In this document: piece by piece, positions 1 through 10,485 of the stretch
How positions within the stretch are numbered: the stretch's first letter is position 1
Layout: the number at the start of each line of letters is the position of its first letter
From: Patescibacteria group bacterium
GTDB taxonomy: Bacteria > Patescibacteriota > Microgenomatia > UBA8517
NCBI GenBank assembly: GCA_025999275.1
Contig: AP024680.1
Location: 556,522 to 620,521 of the forward strand
Length of the DNA: 64,000 bases
Direction: 5' to 3'
Notes under the pieces: generated by a model
Told to the model about the DNA's origin: nothing
Seen by the model: the letters and a program-made list of their open reading frames with translations, nothing else
Database searches by the model: none
Translations under genes and position numbers: made by a program

Positions 1-1812
1 TTAATTTATGGAAATTTTCCTTCCATAGTTTTTTCTCAATCATCTTTTAGTGTAGATTCATTTATTACTTATGATGTAGATGAAAATGGCGATGCCAATG
101 TGGTACAAGATATAACCTTAACAAATGAAGTAGCTGAAGTTTATGCCAAAAGTTATACAGTTTCCTTGGCAAACTTTAAACCGGAATATGTCAAAGCTGA
201 AAGTGGAGGAACGGAGATACCGGTTAGAAAAGAGGAAAATGGGAACAAGACATCATTAAGCCTTGATTTCCCAGATATCAAAGTTGGCAAAGGAGCTAGT
301 AGAAACTTCAAATTAACATATAGAATTCGAGAATTTGCCCAAAAGACTGGAGAAGTTTGGGAGCTTTATCTTCCCTATCAGACTGATATTGAAAATTTTA
401 AAAATTATCGTCTGACGCTTTTTGTTCCAATCTCTTTTGGAAACCTTGCCTATTCTTCTCCTGAACCAGAGAAAAAGTTTACCCAAGGAAATAAAAATGG
501 GTTTGAATTTACAAAGGAAAGACTTAAGAATAGTGGTGTAAACTTGGGTTTTGGAAACTTTCAGATATTCTCTTTTACACTAATTTATCACCTTGAAAAC
601 CCACTTGAAAAAGAAGCTATTACCAAAATTGCCCTACCTCCAGATGGTTCATTTCAGCGTGTATTTTATAAAGAAATTGATCCGAAACCAATTAAGATTG
701 GTGTTGACAATGACGGCAATTGGCTTGCAGATTACAGACTTCAACCAAGAGAGAGACTTGAGGTTAAAGCAATCGGTTATGCTCAAATTTTTCCATATCC
801 TCAAAAAATAAGAGATTTTGACAAAGAGATTCTTTACAAAAATACCCTACCACAAAAATATTGGGAATCAGATAGTCCAGAAATTAAAAGAATAGCTCAA
901 AACTTACGATCAATTAAAGAAGTTTATGATTATGTCGTTAATATCTTAAATTATGATTATGATAGAGCAAAACCCAATGTCCAGAGACTTGGCGCAAAAG
1001 CCGCACTTGAGAATCCAAATTCAGCCATATGCATGGAATTTACAGACCTGTTTGTTGCCATTTTAAGAGCCAAGGGAATTCCAGCAAGAGAAATAAATGG
1101 GTATGCTTATACCGAAAACCCAAAGCTCATGCCTCTTTCTCTTGTAAATGATGTTCTTCATTCCTGGCCTGAATATTGGGACGAATCAAAAAAGATATGG
1201 GTTCCAGTTGATCCAACCTGGCAAAAGACCAATGTCCAAGCTGACTTTTTTGAAAAGCAAGATCTTCGCCACTTTGCATTTGTAATCCATGGAGAAAGTT
1301 CAACTTACCCTCCAAGTGCCGGGTCTTATAAACTTGGTTATCAGCCTCAAAAAGATGTTTTTATTACTCTAGGAGGGCAGCCTGAATTGGTAAATAATCA
1401 AATCTCCACTGATGTCCAAATAATAACCAACATTCCCCTAATTAGTTATAAAGCTAGAATTAATATTAAGAATGAAGGCCAATCTGCTATCTATAATCAG
1501 AAAGTTTTGGTTCTTTTTGATCAAGATGAAGTAAAAGAGGAAAAGATAGCATATCTCTTACCGTTTTCTAATTACGAATTTGAAGTTAATATACCTTTTA
1601 GTTTTCTTGCTCAAAAAACTCCATATAAAATTTCCATAATTTCTGTAAATATCAAAAAAGAGGTTAAGGGGGTAAAAGAACAAGTTTTATTGGCTAATAT
1701 TTTAGTAATTTTTGCGCTAGTGATATTATTAATGATCTTTATTATCATAAAGTTTAATAAAATTAACTTCCAAATTATATTGAGTAAATTTTATATACAC
1801 AGGAAACAATGA
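1..1812 (+). CDS. Transglutaminase-like domain surface protein, 5'-partial, with C-terminal TM anchor
   Basis: Frame is open from base 1. Catalytic motifs AICMEF, HSW and DPTW; C-terminal hydrophobic helix. Confidence 0.85.
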   Translation, partial: LIYGNFPSIVFSQSSFSVDSFITYDVDENGDANVVQDITLTNEVAEVYAKSYTVSLANFKPEYVKAESGGTEIPVRKEENGNKTSLSLDFPDIKVGKGASRNFKLTYRIREFAQKTGEVWELYLPYQTDIENFKNYRLTLFVPISFGNLAYSSPEPEKKFTQGNKNGFEFTKERLKNSGVNLGFGNFQIFSFTLIYHLENPLEKEAITKIALPPDGSFQRVFYKEIDPKPIKIGVDNDGNWLADYRLQPRERLEVKAIGYAQIFPYPQKIRDFDKEILYKNTLPQKYWESDSPEIKRIAQNLRSIKEVYDYVVNILNYDYDRAKPNVQRLGAKAALENPNSAICMEFTDLFVAILRAKGIPAREINGYAYTENPKLMPLSLVNDVLHSWPEYWDESKKIWVPVDPTWQKTNVQADFFEKQDLRHFAFVIHGESSTYPPSAGSYKLGYQPQKDVFITLGGQPELVNNQISTDVQIITNIPLISYKARINIKNEGQSAIYNQKVLVLFDQDEVKEEKIAYLLPFSNYEFEVNIPFSFLAQKTPYKISIISVNIKKEVKGVKEQVLLANILVIFALVILLMIFIIIKFNKINFQIILSKFYIHRKQ

Positions 1813-3149
1813 ACAAAAAAGTTGTTCTTAAAATTTCCAAGAAATTAAAAGAAAGTAATTTATCTAAATTACCAAGGAACCCCGGTGTTTATTTCTTTAT
1901 GTCTGATAAAAAAGAGGTTTTATATGTTGGCAAAGCTAAAAACCTCAAGAATAGAATTTCAAGTTATTTTTCAAATCTAATTGTAGGTAAAACAAAAACA
2001 ATGGTTGAAAAATCAAAGTATTTAAGTTTTATCAAAACAGAAAGTGAGATAGAAGCATTAATACTCGAAGCAAATTTAATCAAAAAATATAAACCAAAAT
2101 ACAATATCATTCAGAAAGATGATAAAAGTCCTTTATATATCTTAATAACCAAAGAAAAATACCCTCGTCTAATATTAGGAAGAAAAAAAGATATCCAAAA
2201 AAAAGACTTAATAGGTTTCTACGGTCCTTTTCTTTCAACAAGAACAGCCAAAAGAATTTTAAGAAGCATTAGAAAATTTATTCCCTTTTCTGATCATAAA
2301 ATTGGCAGAAAGCCTTGTATGTATAGCCAAATCAATCTCTGTAATCCTTGCCCAAATTTTATAGAATCAATTGATAATAAACAAGAAAATAGATTACTCT
2401 TTAAAAAATATTTACAAAATATTAAAAGAGTTAGACTCTTTCTGGAAGGAGATATAAAAAGGGTCGAAAGAGAATTAAACAAAGAAATGGAATCTTTTAT
2501 TGATAAAGAAGATTTTGAAAATGCAAAAGAAATAAAAGAAAGGATTGAATCGCTTAGATTATTAACCAAACCCCTTAACAAAACCGATGAGTATTTAGAA
2601 AATCCAAATTTACTTCAAGATAAAATTAAGATTGAACTTAATTCACTTTTAGAATTTCTAAACAACTTCTTTAAGATTAAAAAACTAAAAAGAATAGAGT
2701 GTTATGATGTGTCACATTTGTCTGGAATTTTAGGAACTGCGTCGATGGTGGTTTTCATAGATGGTGAGAAAAGTAGCAGTGATTACCGTCATTTTAGATT
2801 AAAAGAAAGCTCAAACGACGACCAAAAATCGTTGTTAGAAATATTAAATCGTAGAATAAAATATCTTAAAGACTGGGGAAAACCAGATCTTGTTATAGTT
2901 GATGGTGGCCGACCACAATTATCAGCAGTGTGGAAAGTATTTTTCCAAAACAAAATACCTGTTATTGGAATTGCAAAAAAATTTGAAGAATTAGTTATTC
3001 CAATATTTGAAAACAACAGGATAAAATATTTTAAATATAAAATAAAAGATAAACCATTTGGAAATTTAATTATTAGGATTAGAGACGAAACGCACCGATT
3101 TGCTTTAAGATATCATCGCAAACTCATCCTCAATAGACCAAAACTTTGA
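1809..3149 (+). CDS. uvrC: Excinuclease ABC subunit C (short form, no C-terminal HhH)
   Basis: GIY-YIG (PGVYFF..LYVGKAKNL), UVR coil, RNase H-like RIECYDVSH, DGGRPQL, RDETHRFA. Confidence 0.92.
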   Translation: MNKKVVLKISKKLKESNLSKLPRNPGVYFFMSDKKEVLYVGKAKNLKNRISSYFSNLIVGKTKTMVEKSKYLSFIKTESEIEALILEANLIKKYKPKYNIIQKDDKSPLYILITKEKYPRLILGRKKDIQKKDLIGFYGPFLSTRTAKRILRSIRKFIPFSDHKIGRKPCMYSQINLCNPCPNFIESIDNKQENRLLFKKYLQNIKRVRLFLEGDIKRVERELNKEMESFIDKEDFENAKEIKERIESLRLLTKPLNKTDEYLENPNLLQDKIKIELNSLLEFLNNFFKIKKLKRIECYDVSHLSGILGTASMVVFIDGEKSSSDYRHFRLKESSNDDQKSLLEILNRRIKYLKDWGKPDLVIVDGGRPQLSAVWKVFFQNKIPVIGIAKKFEELVIPIFENNRIKYFKYKIKDKPFGNLIIRIRDETHRFALRYHRKLILNRPKL

Positions 3150-3184
3150 CTTTTAATAAAAACTCTCTATATACTTAAATTAGA

Positions 3185-3589
3185 ATGATTAAGAAAGTCA
3201 TTAAGATATTTGCAATTGAAGTTCTAGCTTTATACATCATTAATCAATTGATATCAGGATTGGTGTTTGAAAACGGAACAAAAACCTTTTTAATTACCGC
3301 CGTCGCCTTGAGTATAGCTGCTTATTTAGTTAAACCAATTATAAATCTTCTTATTTTACCTTTGAATTTAATTACTTTTGGTTTTTTCCGCTGGATTTCC
3401 TCTGCTGTAGCTCTATACCTAGTAACTCTTGCTGTAAACCAATTCAAGATAGAAAGGTTTTTCTTTCCAGGTTATGAAAATGTATGGTTTTCAATTCCAA
3501 AGCTTGACTTTAGAGGATTTTTGGCAATAATCTTCTATTCTCTTACGCTTTCAATCTTGACCTCCATAATAAGTTGGGTATTTAAATAA
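3185..3589 (+). CDS. YvlD/DUF360 (phage holin 4_2 family) membrane protein
   Basis: 4 TM segments; VKPIINLLILPLNLITFGFF motif. Confidence 0.75.
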   Translation: MIKKVIKIFAIEVLALYIINQLISGLVFENGTKTFLITAVALSIAAYLVKPIINLLILPLNLITFGFFRWISSAVALYLVTLAVNQFKIERFFFPGYENVWFSIPKLDFRGFLAIIFYSLTLSILTSIISWVFK

Positions 3590-3617
3590 TTAGACATTAT
3601 GAGTTATAATTGCTCAT

Positions 3618-3833
3618 ATGGAAAAACTTATTCTCACCATTCAAATTATCTCGGCCATATCGGTAATCTTTCTGGTTACTATCCAAACCAAAGGTACGGG
3701 TTTAGGAAGAAGCTTTGGTCAAAGTGGTTCAGTATCCTTTAAAAGAAGGGGGATAGAAAAATTAGTTTTTAGAGCAACATTTTTATTTTCAGGACTTTTC
3801 CTTCTAACTTCTATTCTACAAATCTTTATTTAG
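3618..3833 (+). CDS. secG: Preprotein translocase subunit SecG
   Basis: 71 aa, 2 TM; IQTKGTGLGRSFG...RRGIEK. Confidence 0.9.
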   Translation: MEKLILTIQIISAISVIFLVTIQTKGTGLGRSFGQSGSVSFKRRGIEKLVFRATFLFSGLFLLTSILQIFI

Positions 3834-3843
3834 AGATAATTTT

Positions 3844-5175
3844 ATGTCTTTCTCTTTAAGATATTCTCTAAAGCTAATACAAGCGTTTTTGTTAAGATTT
3901 AAGTCCCTCATTTTAATAGGTTTCTTGATGGGTGTTCTTATATTCTTCTTACTAAAGTTTGTAATTTTACCTTTCATAACGTTAGGTAAAACAGAAAGAA
4001 TTGGTATTGTAGGAAAATATAGAATTGAAACTTTGCCTAACGACATTCTTTCACTTATAAGTTACGGGTTAAGTAGAAATAATTCAGACGGTTCATCCGA
4101 GCCAATGTTGGCCAAATCTTGGGAAACTCCCGATAAGGGAAAAACTTGGATATTTTATTTAAACGAAAATCTTTTTTGGCAAGATGGAACAAAAATTAAA
4201 AGCAGTGATATCTCATATAACTTTTCTGATGTCGAAATAGAAAAACCAGATGAAAAAACTATTATCTTTAAGTTAAAAAACCCTTTTTCTCCTTTCCCAA
4301 CAGTTGTCTCAAAGCCAATTTTTAAAAAGGGATTGCTTGGAGCAGGGGATTGGAAAGTAAAGAAGATCTCTATTTCAGGTGGTTATGTAGAAAAACTTAT
4401 ATTAACTGACAAAAATAAAAATCAAAAAATTTTTAGATTTTATCCCACAGAAGATAGGTTAAAGTTGGCATTAAAAATGGGAGAAGTCGATATAATAGAG
4501 AACCTTCTTGATCCAACACCGTTTGATAAATGGTCGAGTCTAAAAATAAAGGAAAATATTAACAAGAAACAAATAGTTACTATTTTCTTCAACAGCAACG
4601 ACAAATTTCTTTCCGAAAAAGTTATTAGACAAGCCCTTTACTATGCTATTGATAAAAATAAACTAAGCAGTAATAGTGCATATTCACCAATTTATCCTGA
4701 ATCGTGGGCTTATAATCCTTTAATAAAACATTATGATTTTGATCTTGATAAAGCTAAAAAGATGATTAACTCTTTACCTGCAGAAGCAAAGAAAGACTTA
4801 AGTATAAACCTTACTACCACTCCAGCACTTTTAGATTCTGCTGAAAAAATTGTCAAGATGTGGAAAGAGTTGGGTATCAACTCTAGCGTTCAAATCTCAT
4901 CAATAATACCAGACAATTATCAAGCGCTACTAGTTATATTTGAACCGCCTGTTGATCCTGACCAATATCCAATTTGGCATTCCACCCAGACAAATATAAA
5001 CTACTCTCAATACAAAAACCCTCGTATTGATTCTCTTCTCGAGGAAGGAAGAAGTAAACTTGATCTAGAAGATAGAAAAAAGATTTATTTTGATTTTCAA
5101 AGATTCTTGCTTGAGGAAGCTCCAGCAGCCTTTCTTTATCATCCGACTTTTTACACTATCTCTAGGAAAAAATAA
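3844..5175 (+). CDS. ABC transporter substrate-binding protein, family 5 (peptide/nickel), membrane anchored
   Basis: LAKSW..DKGKTWIFYL..WQDG; DPDQYPIWHS..N.S.Y.NP.ID.LLEEGR. No permease adjacent. Confidence 0.88.
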   Translation: MSFSLRYSLKLIQAFLLRFKSLILIGFLMGVLIFFLLKFVILPFITLGKTERIGIVGKYRIETLPNDILSLISYGLSRNNSDGSSEPMLAKSWETPDKGKTWIFYLNENLFWQDGTKIKSSDISYNFSDVEIEKPDEKTIIFKLKNPFSPFPTVVSKPIFKKGLLGAGDWKVKKISISGGYVEKLILTDKNKNQKIFRFYPTEDRLKLALKMGEVDIIENLLDPTPFDKWSSLKIKENINKKQIVTIFFNSNDKFLSEKVIRQALYYAIDKNKLSSNSAYSPIYPESWAYNPLIKHYDFDLDKAKKMINSLPAEAKKDLSINLTTTPALLDSAEKIVKMWKELGINSSVQISSIIPDNYQALLVIFEPPVDPDQYPIWHSTQTNINYSQYKNPRIDSLLEEGRSKLDLEDRKKIYFDFQRFLLEEAPAAFLYHPTFYTISRKK

Positions 5176-5215
5176 AAACTTGTGATTGTAAATCTAATTT
5201 TACATAATACAGATT

Positions 5216-5562
5216 ATGTTTGAATTTTTTCTATCCTTAATTTTTGGTTACGAGATAGCCAAAAATAATTCAAAACCAGGCTCAAAATTACACCAAAAAC
5301 TTCCCTTTATTAAAATAAAATTTATACAAATTAGTCCAAACCTAAAAATAGATTTTAGAGAGAAGATTATTCACATTCACCACTGGCTTTATATGTCTTT
5401 ACTACTAATAATTTCCTTTACTGCTAAAGATTCTTTTCTCACTTCAGTTTTTTTTTCAAGGAGAGGATGTTAAGAAGAATAACTCAAGGATTAACTTTTT
5501 CAGATTGGAAAAAGATAATAATTTCAAAAAACGATAAGAAAAATCCCGATATATCAAGCTAA
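5216..5562 (+). pseudogene. Small membrane protein, probably frameshifted at a T9 tract
   Basis: ORF 5216-5473 (IHIHHWLY) stops soon after T9 (5448-5456); an alternative frame continues ..ITQGLTFSDWKKII to TAA at 5562. Confidence 0.4.
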
Positions 5563-5588
5563 TCCAAATCGAATACGAGAAGATGTTA

Positions 5589-5664
5589 TGGGTGGCTGAG
5601 CGGATTTGAACCGCCAACCCCTTGCTCCACAGGCAAGTGCTCTAACCATTGAGCTACAGCCACC
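5589..5664 (-). tRNA. tRNA-His(GTG)
   Basis: Cloverleaf GGTGGCTGTAGCTCAATGG..CTGTGGA..TTCAAATC; G-1 and C73. Confidence 0.95.
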
Positions 5665-5746
5665 AAGTGATTTAATTTTAACAAATAGAGTCCTGTTTCA
5701 CAAATAGTTGACAACACCATCCTTTTTGTTGCACAATGAGTATGTT

Positions 5747-6415
5747 ATGGACGAACCTGCCAAAAATGAAAAGAAGATTAAGGTTGAAGTAGTTAAAGAA
5801 GAGCCTGGTTTTAAAGGAAAAGAAAACAATACTCCCCAAATAGAAAGTCAAAAAGAGAAAGTTCAAGTCAAAGAACAACAAGTTCTAGAAAAGGTTGAAA
5901 TAGAAAAAGTAGATAATCCAACAGAAGAAAAAGCCATCCAGCAAAAAACGCCGTTTTGGATTTTGTTTTTAGTATTCCTGCTTGGATTGACTTTGGGAGC
6001 AGGGTTAATTGGAGGTATATTTTATTATAAATCAAAAGTTGAAAAGAGTCAGATTGCAACCAGTTCACCCACTCCTGAAACATTAATAAACAAAGAAGAT
6101 GTAAAAGAAACTCCAAAACCAGAAGAAACAAAAATTTCTGACCTAAAAGTTTTAATTTTAAATGGTTCAGGAATAAAAGGTGAAGCTGGAAAAGTAGAAG
6201 CACTACTTAAGGAAGCTGGTTTCGAGAAGACCGAGACTGGAAACGCAGACTCCTATGACTATAAAGATACTAATATTTTTATTAAACCAAACATAAATGA
6301 TTCTGTTTACGAAAAGATAATTGACATCCTGGAGGGATATAGTTTAAAGAAAGCTGACTTAGAAACGAGCTCAGGATACGATATTAAAATTATTGTGGGG
6401 AAGACTAAAAATTAG
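5747..6415 (+). CDS. LytR C-terminal domain membrane protein
   Basis: One TM, then VLILNGSGIKGEAG..GNAD..IIVG. ATG 5747 preferred because the TTG at 5708 is part of a TTGACA -35 box. Confidence 0.85.
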   Translation: MDEPAKNEKKIKVEVVKEEPGFKGKENNTPQIESQKEKVQVKEQQVLEKVEIEKVDNPTEEKAIQQKTPFWILFLVFLLGLTLGAGLIGGIFYYKSKVEKSQIATSSPTPETLINKEDVKETPKPEETKISDLKVLILNGSGIKGEAGKVEALLKEAGFEKTETGNADSYDYKDTNIFIKPNINDSVYEKIIDILEGYSLKKADLETSSGYDIKIIVGKTKN

Positions 6416-6503
6416 ATCGACTCCTTCTTGTTTGATGCTTCCATAATCTGGTAAAATACAAATACTGTTCTTTGAGATGGACCATTATTATTTGGAACTT
6501 CTA

Positions 6504-6587
6504 GCCGAGATGGTGGAATGGTATACACGCAGGACTTAAAATCCTGTGGTCCAATGGACCGTGAGGGTTCGAGTCCCTCTCTCGGCA
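6504..6587 (+). tRNA. tRNA-Leu(TAA)
   Basis: Cloverleaf with long variable arm; anticodon loop CTTAAAA. Confidence 0.95.
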
Positions 6588-6597
6588 CAACTTTCAA

Positions 6598-6674
6598 CGG
6601 GGTGTAGCTCAGTTGGCTAGAGTGCGCGCTTTGGGAGCGTGAGGTCGACGGTTCGAGTCCGTCCACCCCGACCA
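6598..6674 (+). tRNA. tRNA-Pro(TGG)
   Basis: CGGGGTG..TTTGGGA..CACCCCGACCA. Confidence 0.95.
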
Positions 6675-6738
6675 ATACTACCAACCAGCACACAAAAAAC
6701 AAATTAACTAGATACAAAACCAAACGAATAAAAATCCT

Positions 6739-7563
6739 TCAAGAAAAATCAGAAAAATCTCTAGAATCCAAACCTAGAAGCGCAATTGCCTTGCCTACTT
6801 CATAACCAACATAATCTACTTCAGGATGAGTTTGACCAGGATGACCACAAATTCTGTAGCGTAAAATTTCAGCAGCGAGAGGAGCCAACCTAGCTGTAAT
6901 TTCCACAAATTGTCCAGTCATTCTGCCATAAATACCTGTTCTTTCATTTGCAGAAATACCCAAAAGAACAGCATTCCAAAAATGATAAGTATCACCAGCT
7001 GGATCTTCTAAGTTTTGATTAAGGCAAAGAGCAGCAACTACATTTTGCCAATTAGCAATACGTTCTCTAGAAATTTTAAGATCAGGAGTAATTCTCTTGT
7101 CAAAACCACGAGCAATAGCTCGTGTTGCAACAGACAATTTAAATACTGCTAGAGAAGCATCTCTCTCTAAGTAATCTAAAGCTAGAGATAATTGTTCTGA
7201 CAATAATAGTGGTCTCCCAGCTTGTCTTGCTTTTTCTTCCAACAAAGAAACAAGTATTTCTATATTACCAATTCTTTCAATAAACTGCTGTGAGAAGGGC
7301 TGGTTGTGTTGGTCTGAAAATGCTGCATAAAATTTTAATATCTCCGCTTTTGATATACCAAACCCAGCCTTAAGTGGGGTAAAACAGATATCTGGTCTTT
7401 GTTTCAACACCCTAAACAAATCATCCAAAATATTTTCGGGAGAGCAATTATGAAAGATTATTTTTTCTGTTCTATAAACAATCCTTTGCAATTCGAGGGG
7501 GTACGCGTTACTAGCAGCACTACTAACTACCCTTGTGATTGATAATGCCTTTTCCGTTAGCAT
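6739..7563 (-). CDS. Hypothetical protein
   Basis: 274-aa ORF between tRNA-Pro and tRNA-Gly; no family recognised. Confidence 0.7.
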   Translation of the reverse strand: MLTEKALSITRVVSSAASNAYPLELQRIVYRTEKIIFHNCSPENILDDLFRVLKQRPDICFTPLKAGFGISKAEILKFYAAFSDQHNQPFSQQFIERIGNIEILVSLLEEKARQAGRPLLLSEQLSLALDYLERDASLAVFKLSVATRAIARGFDKRITPDLKISRERIANWQNVVAALCLNQNLEDPAGDTYHFWNAVLLGISANERTGIYGRMTGQFVEITARLAPLAAEILRYRICGHPGQTHPEVDYVGYEVGKAIALLGLDSRDFSDFS

Positions 7564-7737
7564 ATTTATTTTCCAAGCCCGAACCTTTTTAAATTTTAAT
7601 ATTATAGGTTAATATTTTAACTGTAAAGAAAGAATAATTCAATAGTTATTGATTAAATAATTCAAAAACCATCGCTCTATAAAATTCATTAGAAATAGCA
7701 AGAATTTTATATACAAGGAAATTTGGGAGTTTAAATT

Positions 7738-7811
7738 TGGAGCGGGCACGGAGAATCGAACTCCGATCTACTCCTTGGAAGGGAGTTGTTGAGCCTTTCA
7801 ACTATGCCCGC
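7738..7811 (-). tRNA. tRNA-Gly(TCC)
   Basis: GCGGGCA..CTTCCAA..TGCCCGCTCCA. Confidence 0.95.
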
Positions 7812-7866
7812 AACCTGCTAATTATAACAATTTAAGAAATGAGCCTCAACCTCCACTTTCAGTAAT

Positions 7867-8471
7867 CTAATCAAGGCTATCTAAAAACTCAATTACATTA
7901 TCTTCATAAATAGGTTTTTTCATCTCCAGGTCTCTGTAACTGTGGTCAGCGTTTGATACTTCGTGGTAAATTATATTTTTTGATACAGCATCACTCGTAT
8001 CCCTTTTTACAACCTCGATATTTCCAAACTTATCCTTCTCTCCCTGGATAATGGTAATTTTTCCGGTAAAGTTATTTAGCTTAACTTCCCCAGTTACATA
8101 GCCAAGAATGATTACTTCATATAGCTTTTTCTCTTTATCAGTCAAGCTGTTTAGATAATAGCTAGCTATAATTCCACCAAGAGACTTACCAATAAACCTG
8201 ACGCGGGCAAATTTATCAAAATAAGCAATAGACAACATTTCCCTTAGTACTTCTAATTCTTCTTTTAACTCAGGTCCAGAAGAGTGATCATCTCCTCTTT
8301 CTAAGAAAGGAAAATTAAACATAATTACACTGTTGCCTTTACTTTTAGAGTGTTCAAACAATTTTTGCATAAAAGGAGAATCTATACCCCCCCCGATCCG
8401 CCATGCAAAATCACATCTAAATTAGTAGCTCTACTATTGTGGTAATGTATAAAACTAGTCAACTTACTCAT
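7867..8471 (-). pseudogene. Alpha/beta hydrolase (KANSL3/Tex30-like), frameshifted at a G8 tract
   Basis: Upstream frame MSKLTSF..LDVILHGGS joins IDSPFMQKL..GKSLGG..QGEKD..ADH only with a frameshift at 8387-8394. Confidence 0.75.
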
Positions 8472-8480
8472 TTTTTTCAA

Positions 8481-10196
8481 TTAAAATTTTGATCTTGAAA
8501 TAACTGCTTCTACAAAAGAAACAAAAATGGGGTGGGGTGATAGAGGACGACTTAAGTACTCAGGATGAAATTGGACCCCCACAAAAAATGGGTGATCCTT
8601 TATTTCTATCGCTTCAACCAGCTTCCCATCAGGAGAAACACCGGAAACTAAAAACCCAGCTTTTTCAAATCTTCGGCGATATTCAAGGTTAAATTCATAA
8701 CGATGTCTATGCCTTTCATAGATTAAAAGATTCTCCGACTTAATTGATTCATTTTTCCTCAAAGGATTAGGGAAAAACCATGGGCTAGATTCCAAACTAC
8801 CATATTTTCTGTAAGCGCTTTCAAGCTTTGTTTGAGGACTAACCAAACATGGCCAGGCTCCAAGCCTGATAGTTGCCCCATACTGCTTCTTTTCAAGATA
8901 TGCTTTCTGATTGGGCATTATATGAATAACAGGGTGGGGAGTTTGGGGATCAACCTCCTGACTATTGGCCCCTTTCAGACCAAGCACATTTCTTGCAAAC
9001 TCGATTGTTGCCATTTGCATGCCAAAGCAAAGACCAAGATAGGGAATTTTATTAACTCGTGCAAACTCAACTGCTAAAATTTTTCCTTCTACTCCTCTTG
9101 ACCCCCAACCCTGTGGAACAATAATCCCATCAACAGCGGATAAAATATCCTTGAGCTTATCTTTACTTATAGTCTCAAGATACGAAGAGTCAATCCAATT
9201 TATATCAACTTGGCAAGAAAGAAAGGCTGCTGCATGCTTTAGCGACTCAACAACACAAACATAAGAATCAGATAAAAGGTAATCACCTGTTTTTTGGTAT
9301 TTTCCCACAATTCCAATTTTAACCTTTTTCTTGACAAAAGAAGCTCTCTTGACCATATTTCTCCAGACTGAAAGAAGTCTTGATTCTCTCTTCTTTTTCC
9401 TAAGCTTCAATAATTTTATAATCTTTTTATCTAGCTTTTGTTTCTCAAGATAAAGCGGAATCTCATAGATATTTTTAACATCGGGGTTTGAGATTATGTT
9501 TTCCAAGGCAACACCAGAAGATAAGGCAATCTTTTCTTTCCTTTTGGTATCAACCTCATTTTCAGCTCGGCAGATTATAAAGTCAGGCTGAATTCCAAGC
9601 GAATGAAGCTGGGAAATAGATTGTTGAATAGGTTTTGACTTAAGTTCTCCTATTGAAGGGGGAGCGGGAAGATATCCTACATGTACAAAACAAACATCAC
9701 CCGGATATTTCAGCCTTAGCCTTCTTGCAGCCTCAAAAAATAAAAGACCTTCATATTCACCAACAGTTCCTCCAAGTTCAACAATAACAACATCAGCCTT
9801 GTGAGCCTTACCAGCTTCAAAGAAACGCTTGATTATTTCAGGTGGAATATGATGATAGGGCTGAACACATGCTCCATCATAGAAAAGAGCTCGTTCTTTG
9901 TCCAAAACTTCCTTATAAACCTGTCCACTTGTTAAGTAATTAGCTCTTAAGAGAGTTTCATTTAAAAATCTTTCATAGTGGCCCAGATCCTGATCTGTCT
10001 CAATTCCGTCATGAGTAACAAACACCTCACCATGTTCAATTGGATTCATTGTCCCAGCATCAATATTCAAATACATATCACACTTCATTATTGTTACTTT
10101 GTATCCTGAAGCTTTGAGAAGAAGTCCTATTGAGGCGGCTGTTACTCCTTTCCCCAATCCGCTTAAAACTCCACCTGAAACAATTATAAACCTCAT
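8481..10196 (-). CDS. pyrG: CTP synthase
   Basis: GGVLSGLGKG, DAGTMNPIEHGEVFVT, GLCFGMQ, ERHRHRYE, QFHPE. Confidence 0.98.
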   Translation of the reverse strand: MRFIIVSGGVLSGLGKGVTAASIGLLLKASGYKVTIMKCDMYLNIDAGTMNPIEHGEVFVTHDGIETDQDLGHYERFLNETLLRANYLTSGQVYKEVLDKERALFYDGACVQPYHHIPPEIIKRFFEAGKAHKADVVIVELGGTVGEYEGLLFFEAARRLRLKYPGDVCFVHVGYLPAPPSIGELKSKPIQQSISQLHSLGIQPDFIICRAENEVDTKRKEKIALSSGVALENIISNPDVKNIYEIPLYLEKQKLDKKIIKLLKLRKKKRESRLLSVWRNMVKRASFVKKKVKIGIVGKYQKTGDYLLSDSYVCVVESLKHAAAFLSCQVDINWIDSSYLETISKDKLKDILSAVDGIIVPQGWGSRGVEGKILAVEFARVNKIPYLGLCFGMQMATIEFARNVLGLKGANSQEVDPQTPHPVIHIMPNQKAYLEKKQYGATIRLGAWPCLVSPQTKLESAYRKYGSLESSPWFFPNPLRKNESIKSENLLIYERHRHRYEFNLEYRRRFEKAGFLVSGVSPDGKLVEAIEIKDHPFFVGVQFHPEYLSRPLSPHPIFVSFVEAVISRSKF

Positions 10197-10305
10197 TAAC
10201 TACTTGCCTAAATTAAAACAGAGAAAAAAAATTGTCAATAAGAATTTTTATTGTGCTTCCAAAGGCGGTCAGACCCTACCCCTTGTTCTGACAAAATTTG
10301 CCTAG

Positions 10306-10377
10306 TGCGCCCGGAGGGAATTGAACCCCCATCCCTTGTTCCGAAGACAAGTGCTCTATCCATTGAGCTACGAGCGC
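10306..10377 (-). tRNA. tRNA-Arg(TCG)
   Basis: GCGCTCGTAGCTCAATGGATAGAGC..CTTCGGA.. Confidence 0.93.
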
Positions 10378-10485
10378 AAATTTTTTACCAATCTGAAAAC
10401 CTATTAAAGCCAGAATAATCAAAACTATAAGCAGAAATCAAAGAACTTTAAACTACCAGCTTTTACCCTTATAATTATAGCTTAA

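Noticed and set aside
6412-6723. 103-aa minus-strand ORF (also 12837-13103, 21934-22197 and the 5' part of 15901-16095)
   Set aside because: These overlap clear tRNA genes; shadow ORFs.
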